A stretch of 64,000 nucleotides of DNA from Nitrosopumilus sp. (GTDB taxonomy: Archaea; Thermoproteota; Nitrososphaeria; Nitrososphaerales; Nitrosopumilaceae). The translations under genes were made by a program, and so were the position numbers. Shown piece by piece: positions 29,378-38,434 of this stretch (its first letter is position 1; each line of letters begins with the position of its first letter). Under the pieces are notes generated by a model. That model saw only the letters and a program-made list of their open reading frames with translations, was not told the DNA's origin and ran no database searches. The stretch covers positions 20,672 through 84,671 of the forward strand of contig JAHELP010000001.1 in NCBI GenBank assembly GCA_024644105.1, in the 5' to 3' direction.

Positions 29378-29872
29378 CTAATTTCTTACATGTTTTTCAT
29401 AAAATGATATAGCTATCTCTTGTACTTCAGATTGAATTGAACCTGGTCTTTCATCTCGAATTTTTTTAATTGCATTTTCTGCTGAAAATTTTTTATATTT
29501 TATAAAATAACATGCCAAGATTGTTCCAGCTCTCCCCATTCCAGCTGCACAGTGAACCATAACTGCTTGATCATTATTGATTTGTTCATGTATGAAATCT
29601 ACTGCTGAATCTATTCTGTCCATATCAGGAGCTGTCAAATCAGGAGTTGGGACATGTAGATAACCAATATTTTTTACCCAATCATCAGGTAGTGACTGTT
29701 CAGTCATTGTAACAATTGATTTTACTCCTTGGTTTAGAAGCCAATCAAATTCATGAGAACTAGTTGGAATACCAGAACCTGCCAATTTTTCTTCAATTAA
29801 CCAAGAAAAGTTTGTGGGTTTTTTTGTAATTTTTCCATGAACTTTTCTCCAAATATTTCCAGGCTTGCTCAT
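29378..29872 (-). CDS. Dual-specificity protein phosphatase
   Basis: VHCAAGMGRAG CX5R motif, PDLTAP, RPGSIQ. Confidence 0.93.
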   Translation of the reverse strand: MSKPGNIWRKVHGKITKKPTNFSWLIEEKLAGSGIPTSSHEFDWLLNQGVKSIVTMTEQSLPDDWVKNIGYLHVPTPDLTAPDMDRIDSAVDFIHEQINNDQAVMVHCAAGMGRAGTILACYFIKYKKFSAENAIKKIRDERPGSIQSEVQEIAISFYEKHVRN

Positions 29873-29927
29873 ATAGAATTATGATTTGTTCAGTATTTTT
29901 AGTATTACGTAATCAAATGTGAGTAAA

Positions 29928-30569
29928 TTATGAAGCAATTGCTCTTACGGGAGAGCCTGTTACATCTTTTAGTTTTAATGGAAGAATTGTAAAATTGAAT
30001 TCTTTTGATTTAATTTTATTCAAATTTGTTAGATTTTCCACAATCAAAATATTATTTTTTGAAAAAATATGATGAACACTATATGATTGATCTCGTCCAA
30101 GATCAATACTCGGGGAATCTATTCCAACTAGATTAGTTTTTTTTGATGTAAGATATTTTGCTGATGATAAATCTAATCCAGGATTTTCAGTAAAATAATT
30201 TTTATTTTTTAGATTTTTTTGCCATTCTGTATAGAAAAAGACTGAAGAGTGATTTTTGATTTTTCCATTCTTTTTTTCAAATAACGTGATATCTGATTTT
30301 GTAATGGGTGTATTCTTGGATTTTTTGAGTTTTATGAGAACTGCTTTGCCAACTAGTCTATCTAGTGGAATTTGATGAATTTTTAGACCATTTTTGACAA
30401 AATGATATGGAGCATCAATGTGTGTACCTGTATGTGAACTAAGAAATAATAGTTCAAGATTATATCCATCTTTTTTGATGTCTGACCAACCAATGAATTG
30501 TGGAGTTGGAGATCCGGGAAAACTTGGAATGGATTCTGATATCGTAAGTGACAAATCTATTGGTTTCAC
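29928..30569 (-). CDS. Cyclase/kynurenine formamidase (KynB)-family metallohydrolase
   Basis: HTGTHIDAPYH, VGIDSPS, IVENL, GSPVRA. Confidence 0.9.
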   Translation of the reverse strand: MKPIDLSLTISESIPSFPGSPTPQFIGWSDIKKDGYNLELLFLSSHTGTHIDAPYHFVKNGLKIHQIPLDRLVGKAVLIKLKKSKNTPITKSDITLFEKKNGKIKNHSSVFFYTEWQKNLKNKNYFTENPGLDLSSAKYLTSKKTNLVGIDSPSIDLGRDQSYSVHHIFSKNNILIVENLTNLNKIKSKEFNFTILPLKLKDVTGSPVRAIAS

Positions 30570-30629
30570 ATCAACAAATTGTATTGGGGATTAATCAGTT
30601 TTCAAAAATGAAAGGTTAAATACTGTCTG

Positions 30630-30902
30630 ATGAAAAAAGCCCTTGTGCCTACAGCATATGTTCTATTGAATTCTGATTTAGGATCAGATGAATCTATTAT
30701 CAATGAAGTAAAGCAAATCCTTGCTGAAGAACAAATCAAATATGAAGTTCAAGGCGTCTACGGAGTTTATGATATCGTATTAAAATTAACTTCAGATGAT
30801 TCTGAAAAATTACGTGCAATTATCACAAACAAAGTCAGAAAGATCAGTAAAGTTCAATCTACTCTAACTATGATGGTAATAGAAGAGCAAGAAAATCTAT
30901 AG
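30630..30902 (+). CDS. Stand-alone Lrp/AsnC ligand-binding (RAM) domain protein
   Basis: AYVLLN, VYGVYDIVLK, VRKISKVQSTLT; no HTH. Confidence 0.85.
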   Translation: MKKALVPTAYVLLNSDLGSDESIINEVKQILAEEQIKYEVQGVYGVYDIVLKLTSDDSEKLRAIITNKVRKISKVQSTLTMMVIEEQENL

Positions 30903-32045
30903 TTTCTTTATTGCATCAATTACCTGTAATATCTGACTTTCAGTATTGAAAAAGTGAGGGGATGCTCGGACTATTTTTGTATCCATAATTTCTCTTACTG
31001 CTAAAATGATATTTTGTTTTTCAAGTTTATCAACAACATCTTGCGAATCAACTCCTTTGATATTAAAAGATACAATGCTAGTTCTTTCATTCTGATTATC
31101 AGAACCATACAAAATGATATTTTCAATTTTGGATAATTCTTCTCTCAAAAGATTTGAGAGATGTTTATTTTTATCACGAATATTATTCATTCCAAAATTA
31201 AGCATATAGTTTACTGATGATTCTAGACCAACAATTCCTACATAATTTCTAAAACCGGTTTGAAATTTGTCTGGTAATTCTTTGAAAGCCAATTTTGAAT
31301 CATCATAAATGATCGCTGATTCACCACCAATAGTTTTCGGTTCTAATAATGCACTAGATTTTCTATTGCAATAGAATAATCCTGTACCCATAGGACCACA
31401 TAACCACTTTGAGCCATTAAATGACATAAAATCACATTTTAATTTTGATACATCAATTTCACCAATACATCCTATAGTTTGTGCACTATCAAGAAAGAAC
31501 GGGACTTGATCTACAATTTTTCCTATTTCTTCTATGGGTAATATTGAACCAGTGTTATACAGTGCATGACTTAGAGCAACTAATTTTGTATTTTTATCAA
31601 TTGATGATTGTAAATCATCTAATTTAAAAAAACCATTATTGTCAATAGGTAAATTACGTATTGAGATTTTATCTTTTAATTTTATCCAAGGATAAAAATT
31701 TGAATGATGTTCGTGTGTCATTCCACGAATTATCATATTGGAATCACTATCAAATGATAATCCATTTGCAACAAAATTAATTCCATCAGTTGTACTTTGT
31801 GTAAGTACAACTTCATCAGGTTGGCAAGTAATTATTTTTGAAATAATTTTTCTCACATTTTGTAGTTTTTTAGTTATAAAAGGCTCAGAATCTTTTGAAT
31901 CAGGACCAATAGAATTGTAAGTAATTAGGAATTCCTTCATAGCTTCAATGCTCTGAGTAGGCATTAGAGAAACAGAAGCATTGTTTAGATAGATTTTATC
32001 TGATAATGGGAAATCATCTGAAATATCTTTAGTGACTAAATTCAT
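30897..32045 (-). CDS. Class V PLP enzyme, cysteine-desulfurase-like but lacking the catalytic Cys loop
   Basis: YLNNAS, EHHSN, DSAQ, GSKWLCGP, VRASPHFFN. Confidence 0.85.
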   Translation of the reverse strand: MNLVTKDISDDFPLSDKIYLNNASVSLMPTQSIEAMKEFLITYNSIGPDSKDSEPFITKKLQNVRKIISKIITCQPDEVVLTQSTTDGINFVANGLSFDSDSNMIIRGMTHEHHSNFYPWIKLKDKISIRNLPIDNNGFFKLDDLQSSIDKNTKLVALSHALYNTGSILPIEEIGKIVDQVPFFLDSAQTIGCIGEIDVSKLKCDFMSFNGSKWLCGPMGTGLFYCNRKSSALLEPKTIGGESAIIYDDSKLAFKELPDKFQTGFRNYVGIVGLESSVNYMLNFGMNNIRDKNKHLSNLLREELSKIENIILYGSDNQNERTSIVSFNIKGVDSQDVVDKLEKQNIILAVREIMDTKIVRASPHFFNTESQILQVIDAIKKL

Positions 32046-32071
32046 TATTATATCTGTAAAATCTTAAAGCG

Positions 32072-32659
32072 GTGTTGGATAAAAATCCTGAGCAAATTAT
32101 AGAAAATGATATTTCAGGAATTCAAATAAAATTTGAACAAAATAATCCCAACATAGTTTTATGTTCAAACCCTTTCCATAAAATAGAATTTCTCAATAAA
32201 TTAATTAATTCAACTGAAGATCCAATAATTTTTGTCGATATGGATTTGCTTTACAGTGGATATGTTCAATCGAAAATGATTCAAAAAAAAGATAACTTGA
32301 CAATTTTTTGTCCAGATAAAACAAATTGGGGGAAAAAATTATCAGAAATTATTTCCAAAATATCTAATGAAAGGTTTTTGGTAATCATTGACTCTTTTAA
32401 TGGAGTTTACAATTTGTATGATGAATTAGAATCTGCCAGATTCATTAATTCTTGTATAATGATACTATCATCAATTGGAAATTTTGCAAAATCATCAATT
32501 GTAATTACTGGAATGGCGAGAAAAAAAGACAATAAAGATTGGATTCTATCACCGGGTGGAAAACATATCATTAAATCAGAAAAAACTGGTGTTTATTTTC
32601 TAAAAAAAAATCAAAATAACTTGGTTATCAGTTCATTGAATAATTCAGGCATAAAATAA
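32072..32659 (+). CDS. Hypothetical protein, degenerate RecA/KaiC-like fold
   Basis: IFVDMD and LVIIDS (Walker B-like); no Walker A. Confidence 0.6.
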   Translation: MLDKNPEQIIENDISGIQIKFEQNNPNIVLCSNPFHKIEFLNKLINSTEDPIIFVDMDLLYSGYVQSKMIQKKDNLTIFCPDKTNWGKKLSEIISKISNERFLVIIDSFNGVYNLYDELESARFINSCIMILSSIGNFAKSSIVITGMARKKDNKDWILSPGGKHIIKSEKTGVYFLKKNQNNLVISSLNNSGIK

Positions 32660-32688
32660 GAAAAATTAATTTACTTTACACTGCGATC

Positions 32689-32730
32689 AAAATATCAAAC
32701 GGCGTTATAAAATATCAAACGGCGTTATAA
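32689..32730. repeat. Perfect 20-bp tandem repeat AATATCAAACGGCGTTATAA x2 upstream of ferredoxin promoter
   Basis: Copies 32691-32710 and 32711-32730; TATA-like TTATATTA at 32750-32757. Confidence 0.85.
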
Positions 32731-32783
32731 GACCATATTTTTAGGCAAATTATATTAAGACCAAATCAAGAATTAATTTTGTT

Positions 32784-33083
32784 ATGCCAGTAGGAATTAT
32801 TCCAGACATCAGCGAACAAATGTGTATCGGATGCGCACTATGTGTAGAAATCTGTACCACACTTGGACCAGATGTCCTTAGAGTAAAACCAGTTGAAGGC
32901 TGGAAGAGAGGTAAAGCATTTGTCTTCTACCCAGAAAGATGTATTTCTGATGGTGCATGCATTGGTGTATGCCCAACAAAAGCAATCTTTTGGATGAGAC
33001 CAATGGACTTTACAGTTGGACAACCAGTTCCACTCTACAAGAACTCAGTCTTCGTCAAAGGTTGGACTGAATTAATCGATTAG
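32784..33083 (+). CDS. Dicluster ferredoxin
   Basis: CIGCALCVEIC and CISDGACIGVCP motifs; C-ending codon bias suggests high expression. Confidence 0.93.
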   Translation: MPVGIIPDISEQMCIGCALCVEICTTLGPDVLRVKPVEGWKRGKAFVFYPERCISDGACIGVCPTKAIFWMRPMDFTVGQPVPLYKNSVFVKGWTELID

Positions 33084-33115
33084 ATTAGTTCATCAATTTT
33101 TAATTTCTTTTTATT
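33068..33115 (+). terminator. Hairpin plus oligo-T tract at ferredoxin 3' end
   Basis: TGAATTAATC-GATTA-GATTAGTTCA followed by TTTTTAATTTCTTTTT. Confidence 0.5.
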
Positions 33116-33118
33116 ATT

Positions 33119-34111
33119 TTAGACTTTAAGAGGACCTGATGTTTCATCTTGAATTTTTGGTTTTTTCTTTAACCAAAACATTGCAATTAGAAACATTACA
33201 CCAGGAATGAGAATTATCAACAACATTAACTCGTAATAAGTTGATAGTCTTTGAGCAGGTTTTGTATGATAAGTTTCGTGAGATGTTTTTTCAGGATTAT
33301 CATAAACAGCTGTAGTAAAATCAACAGAGCGTTGTTCTTTATTTTGGAAATTTCCAGATACAGTAACACTTTCCTCAGCAAAAACTGAAGGGGAATGAAT
33401 TCCTTCAATTCTTACAATAATTGAACCTGAATCACTAAAAACAAAATTTCTATAATCACCACCAATCTGACTTAGGCCTTCATCCCTAAGAATTTCTTTT
33501 CCATTTTGAAATATTACAAAATTGTATTTCATGCTTGCAAGATTAGAATTTGTTTGTGGATCATAAAATTGGTAAACAAATTGTATTTTTTCATGTGTTT
33601 TAATTACTTGTGGATCCCATGTTAAATTAACTTCAATACTTCTATCTGGTGTATATTGTAATAATGGAAACTCTAATTTTTTACCAGTTGCATCATGTGG
33701 AAAATCAGGAATTTCTTTTTCAACAATTAGTATACCTTCCATCCAAGGATGAATTGTACAATAGTAAGAAAATGTACCAGATTCTTCAAATTTATATGAC
33801 CATGATTCGCCTGGCATGAATCTACCACTATCAAAAATTCCGTTTGACTGTCCAAAGTTATCGCTCATCCAACCAAATCTTCCTGAACCCTCTCCACTTG
33901 TAACTGTGTGACCCTCTTTGTCATCATTATACCAAGTAACTGTATCACCTACTGTTACAAACATCTGAGGAGGATCATACCAAACTTCTGCAACTGTGTT
34001 TAATTCTGGGTTGTATGCTCCTATTGGAATATCAATGATATATTCTTCGGCATAGACTAAAGAGGTAGAGCCTAAAATAAGAAAAATTGATGATAATAAC
34101 AAAAATTTCAT
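33119..34111 (-). CDS. Membrane-anchored blue (type 1) copper/cupredoxin domain protein
   Basis: Signal peptide, GDTVTW, GHTVT, YYCTIHPWM ligands, C-terminal TM. Confidence 0.9.
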   Translation of the reverse strand: MKFLLLSSIFLILGSTSLVYAEEYIIDIPIGAYNPELNTVAEVWYDPPQMFVTVGDTVTWYNDDKEGHTVTSGEGSGRFGWMSDNFGQSNGIFDSGRFMPGESWSYKFEESGTFSYYCTIHPWMEGILIVEKEIPDFPHDATGKKLEFPLLQYTPDRSIEVNLTWDPQVIKTHEKIQFVYQFYDPQTNSNLASMKYNFVIFQNGKEILRDEGLSQIGGDYRNFVFSDSGSIIVRIEGIHSPSVFAEESVTVSGNFQNKEQRSVDFTTAVYDNPEKTSHETYHTKPAQRLSTYYELMLLIILIPGVMFLIAMFWLKKKPKIQDETSGPLKV

Positions 34112-34217
34112 ATTGTAAAACCATTATTTAGTTAATTAAATACTTTAGATAATTTTCATTTTTGTGAGTAATTATCAAGTTAAAGAATAACTCTAGGCAC
34201 AATATACACAAGAAGAG

Positions 34218-35999
34218 TTGATATTTGTACAAAGTAAACAAAGAACAAAAATGACAATTTCAATTAATCTTGGTAAAAAGCTAATTTTCTTAGTATTGAT
34301 AGTATCTATTGTAACAATAACAATAACTGGTTTTCTTAGTTTCAACCATGCTGATCAAATTCTCGATAAAAGAACGGGTGAACAATTATTGGGTGAATCA
34401 AATGCAAGAGGAGAAACTTTAAGATTAATTTTTGAATCACGAATTGAGCAAAATAATATTCTTGCAAGTGATCCTATGATTAAATTATTAGTAACAGAAA
34501 TGAATCAGATTCCTGAAAATCAATTAAAAGAAATTAAAGATGAAAATAGAAGGGATTTTTTAATTCAAGTTCAGGCATTTCAAAAATTAATTGGTTTTTC
34601 TATCGGTTTTGAGGATACAAAAATTATAGGTAATAATGGAAAAGTGTTTTTTTCGTTGACTGGTATTTTAAATGAAAATTTTTCTGAAGATGAACTTTTT
34701 CAAAGAGGATTAAAAGAATCGTTTATAGAATTTGAGTCGGCAGAATCCGGTAAAAAAATGATTGTAGTATCACCAATTTTTGCTGATGATAGTAAAAAAG
34801 GAGATAAGCCAATTGGAGTAATTATTTCAAAGATGAGGACAGCATCAATTGATAATATTCTAATCGGTAAAAGTGGATTAGGAGAAACTGGTGAGGTGTA
34901 TATTGTAAATAATGAATCATTAATGTTATCTCAATCCAGATTTTTAGAGGATGTAATATTCAAGCAACAAGTGAATACTCTGGCTGTTCAGAAATGTTTG
35001 GATGAAGGAGAAGATTATTTAGGATTTTATCAAGATTATAGAAATGTTACAATTTATGGATCATCGTATTGTGCAGATGATTTAGGTATAGTACTACTTG
35101 TAGAGATGGATAAAGCAGAAGTAGAAAAACCAGTAGAAATACTTCAGGAAAGAATTTTTGAAACAGGTATTATTATTACTGTAGGAATGGTAATTGCTGC
35201 CTTTCTAATATCAAAATCTCTTTCAAGACCGCTAATCAAATTAAAAAGTGCAGCAAACAAAATTGCAAGCGGGGATTTTGGAGTAAGAACCAATATTACA
35301 ACTGGTGATGAAATCGGGGAATTATCACAAGCATTTGATTCAATGGCACAAAAATTACAAGAATCATTAATTGAGATTAAAGAAAAAGAAGAAGTAATTA
35401 AACAACAAGAAGAAATATTGTTAAAATTTTCTCAACATACTCAAAACGATTGTGTAGGTGTAATTGACATGAAAGATTCTACAAGAATTTCAAGTGAATT
35501 ATCCGATGAGAAGGTTACCAAAATGTATGAAATATTTTTGAATTTTATGGCAAAAATTGTTCGTAACCATAATGGAGAAGTTGTAAAAAATATTGGAGAT
35601 GCTTTGATGTTTAGATTTGGAAATGTTGATCCAAAAAATATTGAAGAAATGAAAAATATTTTGGAATGCTGCCTATCAATGATTGATTCTCATGATGAAT
35701 TAAAAAAACAACTTAATGCAGAAGGTATGCCTGAAATAGATTTCAAGATTAGTGCAACGTATGGATCTGTAAAAGTAGCTGAAAGTACTACTTCAAATAT
35801 TTCAGATATCTTTGGACCTACAGTCAATAAATGTTTCAAGATAAATTCACTTTGTCCAAAAAATAGTGTGGTTGTTGGCATTAATCTATATGAAATTTTG
35901 AAAGATTTAGATGAATACGAATTTACAGAATTTTCTTCTGCTGAATTGAAAGAAAAATATGGTTATAGTATTTTTGAAGTTAAAAGAAGAAAGAATTAG
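34218..35999 (+). CDS. Membrane class III adenylate/guanylate cyclase with Cache-like and HAMP domains
   Basis: Two TMs flanking sensor (GETGEVYIVN, DYRNVTIYG), HAMP (PLIKL...DEIGELSQAFDSM), cyclase IDMKDST, VKNIGDA, DIFGPTVN; start likely ATG 34251. Confidence 0.88.
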   Translation: MIFVQSKQRTKMTISINLGKKLIFLVLIVSIVTITITGFLSFNHADQILDKRTGEQLLGESNARGETLRLIFESRIEQNNILASDPMIKLLVTEMNQIPENQLKEIKDENRRDFLIQVQAFQKLIGFSIGFEDTKIIGNNGKVFFSLTGILNENFSEDELFQRGLKESFIEFESAESGKKMIVVSPIFADDSKKGDKPIGVIISKMRTASIDNILIGKSGLGETGEVYIVNNESLMLSQSRFLEDVIFKQQVNTLAVQKCLDEGEDYLGFYQDYRNVTIYGSSYCADDLGIVLLVEMDKAEVEKPVEILQERIFETGIIITVGMVIAAFLISKSLSRPLIKLKSAANKIASGDFGVRTNITTGDEIGELSQAFDSMAQKLQESLIEIKEKEEVIKQQEEILLKFSQHTQNDCVGVIDMKDSTRISSELSDEKVTKMYEIFLNFMAKIVRNHNGEVVKNIGDALMFRFGNVDPKNIEEMKNILECCLSMIDSHDELKKQLNAEGMPEIDFKISATYGSVKVAESTTSNISDIFGPTVNKCFKINSLCPKNSVVVGINLYEILKDLDEYEFTEFSSAELKEKYGYSIFEVKRRKN

Positions 36000-36056
36000 A
36001 AAAATATTCTATAGTTTCGTATAGATATTTCAGGTATTTTGAGGCTAATTTTATTA

Positions 36057-36431
36057 TTATTGATTACTTTTTTGAGCATCAAGTTTTGCATGGATAAAAT
36101 CAATAATTTTCAAATAATCTGCTCTTGGTTCTGTACTAATTAGAAATAGTTCATTTGTATTAATTGGAATACTAATCATTGAAACTAATTCATATTCTGT
36201 TATTGATGATTTTTCAGAACCAATTTTGTATGCTAAATTTGTGTAAAGATCTCTTTTTTGTAAAGCATAATGAATTGACATGTTTATCTCATCACCAACT
36301 AACATTTTCTCAACATTTTCTTTATGTCCTCCTGCAATCAACTCTCCTTTACTATTTGCAATACCTGCAAATCTCACTTGGGAATCTAAATCAAGTACTT
36401 GTTTTGTTAATTCTTCATAATTGATTGTCAT
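36057..36431 (-). CDS. Roadblock/profilin-like small protein, coupled to amt
   Basis: VRFAGIANSKGELIAGG...LFLISTE pattern; 4-nt ATGA overlap with amt stop. Confidence 0.7.
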   Translation of the reverse strand: MTINYEELTKQVLDLDSQVRFAGIANSKGELIAGGHKENVEKMLVGDEINMSIHYALQKRDLYTNLAYKIGSEKSSITEYELVSMISIPINTNELFLISTEPRADYLKIIDFIHAKLDAQKSNQ

Positions 36432-37756
36432 TTTTCATCCTTATCAGATTTCTTTTTGAAAAGTATTTCATCTTTTTCTTCTAATCTATCAGTGTAATCA
36501 TCCATATCCAACAAGAATTCTTCTTCATCTGAGTAAGCAGATTCAGCATGTTCGCTAATGTCCAAACCTATATCTTCCACTTCAGCAGAAACTCGAATTC
36601 CGATTGTGTGTTTTAGAATTTGTAATATGATCCATGTTCCTCCAAAGCCCATCGCTGCTGCAATACCAACACCTACTGCTTGAATCCATAGTTGATCAGG
36701 ATTTCCAAATAACAAACCATCTACCCCTCCAGGATTTATTGCAGTACTTGCAAAGATTCCTATAGCTAATGCACCAACAATTCCTGCAACACCGTGGACA
36801 GAGCTAACATCAAGTGCATCATCAATCTTTAGTTTTTCTTTGAATAACACTACTCCAGAGTATGAAATAACACCAATTGCAATTCCGATAATGAAAGCAT
36901 GTTCAGCACTAACAAATCCTGATGCAGGAGTAATTCCAGCAAGACCTGCAATTGCTCCGTTAATTGTGGCTACAACAGAAGGTTTGCCAGTTCTAATCCA
37001 TGAAAGACCTGCCCAAATTAAAGCAGAAACAGATGATGCCATATGAGTTACAATTACTGTGTTACCAGCTACACCACCTGAAGCAGATAATGCACTTCCT
37101 GCGTTAAAACCAAACCAACCAAGCCATAGCAAAGAAGATCCAAGAACTGCAAGTGGAATACTATGAGGAATCATAATAGCAGGACCATAGTTACGTCGTT
37201 TTCCAAGAACTAGTGCGGCAGCAAGTGCTGCCATTCCAACACTGGTGTGAATTACGATACCACCAGCAAAGTCAACAACACCAAGATCTGATAACCAACC
37301 TCCTCCCCAAACCCAGTGAACAAGTGGATAATAGATTAGCATTGACCATGCTGCAATGAATATGATAAATGAACTGAACTTCATTCTTTCAGCAATTGTT
37401 CCAGTAAGTAAAAGTGGAGTAATTGCTGCAAACATTAATTGAAACTTAACAAACAAGACACCAGGAATTGTTGGGGCATACTGCTCTAATGGAGCATCTG
37501 ATGGAACTCCTTTAAGAAATACCCAATCAAAATTTCCAACTAATCCTGCGGTTGTTTCACCAAAGGAAATACTAAATCCAAATACAAACCACATGACACT
37601 CAAAAGTGCCAATCCAAAAAAGATTTGCATAAAAATTGATGCTGCATTCTTCTTTCTCAAAAGTCCAGATTCAAAAAGACCTAATGCAGGGATCATCAGC
37701 AATACAAGACTACCTGCTACAAGCATCCATGCTGTATCCCCAGAATCTAGAACCAT
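36428..37756 (-). CDS. amt: Ammonium transporter
   Basis: SGDTAW, FQLMFA, DFAGGIVIH, WFGFNAGS, DDALDVSSVHG twin His, GLDISEH. Confidence 0.97.
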   Translation of the reverse strand: MVLDSGDTAWMLVAGSLVLLMIPALGLFESGLLRKKNAASIFMQIFFGLALLSVMWFVFGFSISFGETTAGLVGNFDWVFLKGVPSDAPLEQYAPTIPGVLFVKFQLMFAAITPLLLTGTIAERMKFSSFIIFIAAWSMLIYYPLVHWVWGGGWLSDLGVVDFAGGIVIHTSVGMAALAAALVLGKRRNYGPAIMIPHSIPLAVLGSSLLWLGWFGFNAGSALSASGGVAGNTVIVTHMASSVSALIWAGLSWIRTGKPSVVATINGAIAGLAGITPASGFVSAEHAFIIGIAIGVISYSGVVLFKEKLKIDDALDVSSVHGVAGIVGALAIGIFASTAINPGGVDGLLFGNPDQLWIQAVGVGIAAAMGFGGTWIILQILKHTIGIRVSAEVEDIGLDISEHAESAYSDEEEFLLDMDDYTDRLEEKDEILFKKKSDKDEK

Positions 37757-37794
37757 GATAAAAAATTGAATTTTAAACTAATAACAATGACTAA

Positions 37795-37827
37795 ATTTGA
37801 TTATCATTTGATTATCATTTGATTATC
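37795..37827. promoter_or_regulatory. Triple 11-bp tandem repeat ATTTGATTATC (core TGAT-T-ATCA palindrome) between divergent amt and P-II genes
   Basis: Exact copies at 37795, 37806, 37817. Confidence 0.7.
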
Positions 37828-37870
37828 AAAATCAGAAATTATATTTGTGTAAATTACATACAATAACTAA

Positions 37871-38200
37871 ATGCTCAAAATTGAAGTCATACTTGGAAAC
37901 AATGATGTTATGGCTATTAGTGAAGGATTAAAAAAAATTGGTATTGGGGGACTTACTGTTTCTAAAGTAAGAGGAAGAGGGAAGAAACCAGGTCCGGAAA
38001 TTCACGCATCTAAAGGAAGTGAAATTTTTGTGCCTCAATTTAGTGAAAAATACAGATTGGAAGCCATAATTTCAGATACGCAAGAAGATGAAGCAATATC
38101 AATTATTAAAAAAAATGGGAGAGTAGGTAAAATCTTTGTTTCTCAAATTTTACGGGCAGTGGATATTGCTACTGATGACGAAGGAGAATCTACAATCTAA
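37871..38200 (+). CDS. glnB: P-II family nitrogen regulatory protein (divergent)
   Basis: KIEVI, GIGGLTVSKVRGRG, GKIFV. Confidence 0.88.
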   Translation: MLKIEVILGNNDVMAISEGLKKIGIGGLTVSKVRGRGKKPGPEIHASKGSEIFVPQFSEKYRLEAIISDTQEDEAISIIKKNGRVGKIFVSQILRAVDIATDDEGESTI

Positions 38201-38252
38201 AGATATGAACATGAAGTTTATTCGTAAAAGTAAATTGTTTCATAGAGAAGAG

Positions 38253-38342
38253 ATGAAACCATTAAACTCAAAAGATTTTCTTAAGGTTCTTGTAATTGCA
38301 GGAATCATTGTTATACCACTTCTTGTTGGTTTAGCTGTATGA
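38253..38342 (+). CDS. Small single-TM peptide, 29 aa
   Basis: MKPLNSKDFLKVLVIAGIIVIPLLVGLAV*; 3' part of track ORF 38136-38342. Confidence 0.55.
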   Translation: MKPLNSKDFLKVLVIAGIIVIPLLVGLAV

Positions 38343-38431
38343 AAATATCTAAAATTTGGTTAACTAAGCTGGCACTTGCAATTATTGGAATGACTCTAAT
38401 TGGTTTGTATTTATTCTTACCAACTTTATAA
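38339..38431 (+). CDS. Small single-TM peptide, 30 aa (not in ORF track)
   Basis: MKISKIWLTKLALAIIGMTLIGLYLFLPTL*; ATGA overlap with previous stop. Confidence 0.55.
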   Translation: MKISKIWLTKLALAIIGMTLIGLYLFLPTL

Positions 38432-38434
38432 TAA

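Noticed and set aside
31091..31103. Additional TGATTATCA copies inside genes (here and near 17552)
   Set aside because: Single intragenic copies are expected by chance in such AT-rich DNA
32689..37827. Short tandem repeats as possible CRISPR arrays
   Set aside because: No spacers, only 2-3 contiguous units, no cas genes
38136..38252. Long 68-aa version of the ORF after P-II
   Set aside because: Overlaps the P-II 3' end; ATG 38253 gives a cleaner basic-plus-TM peptide, though the start is uncertain
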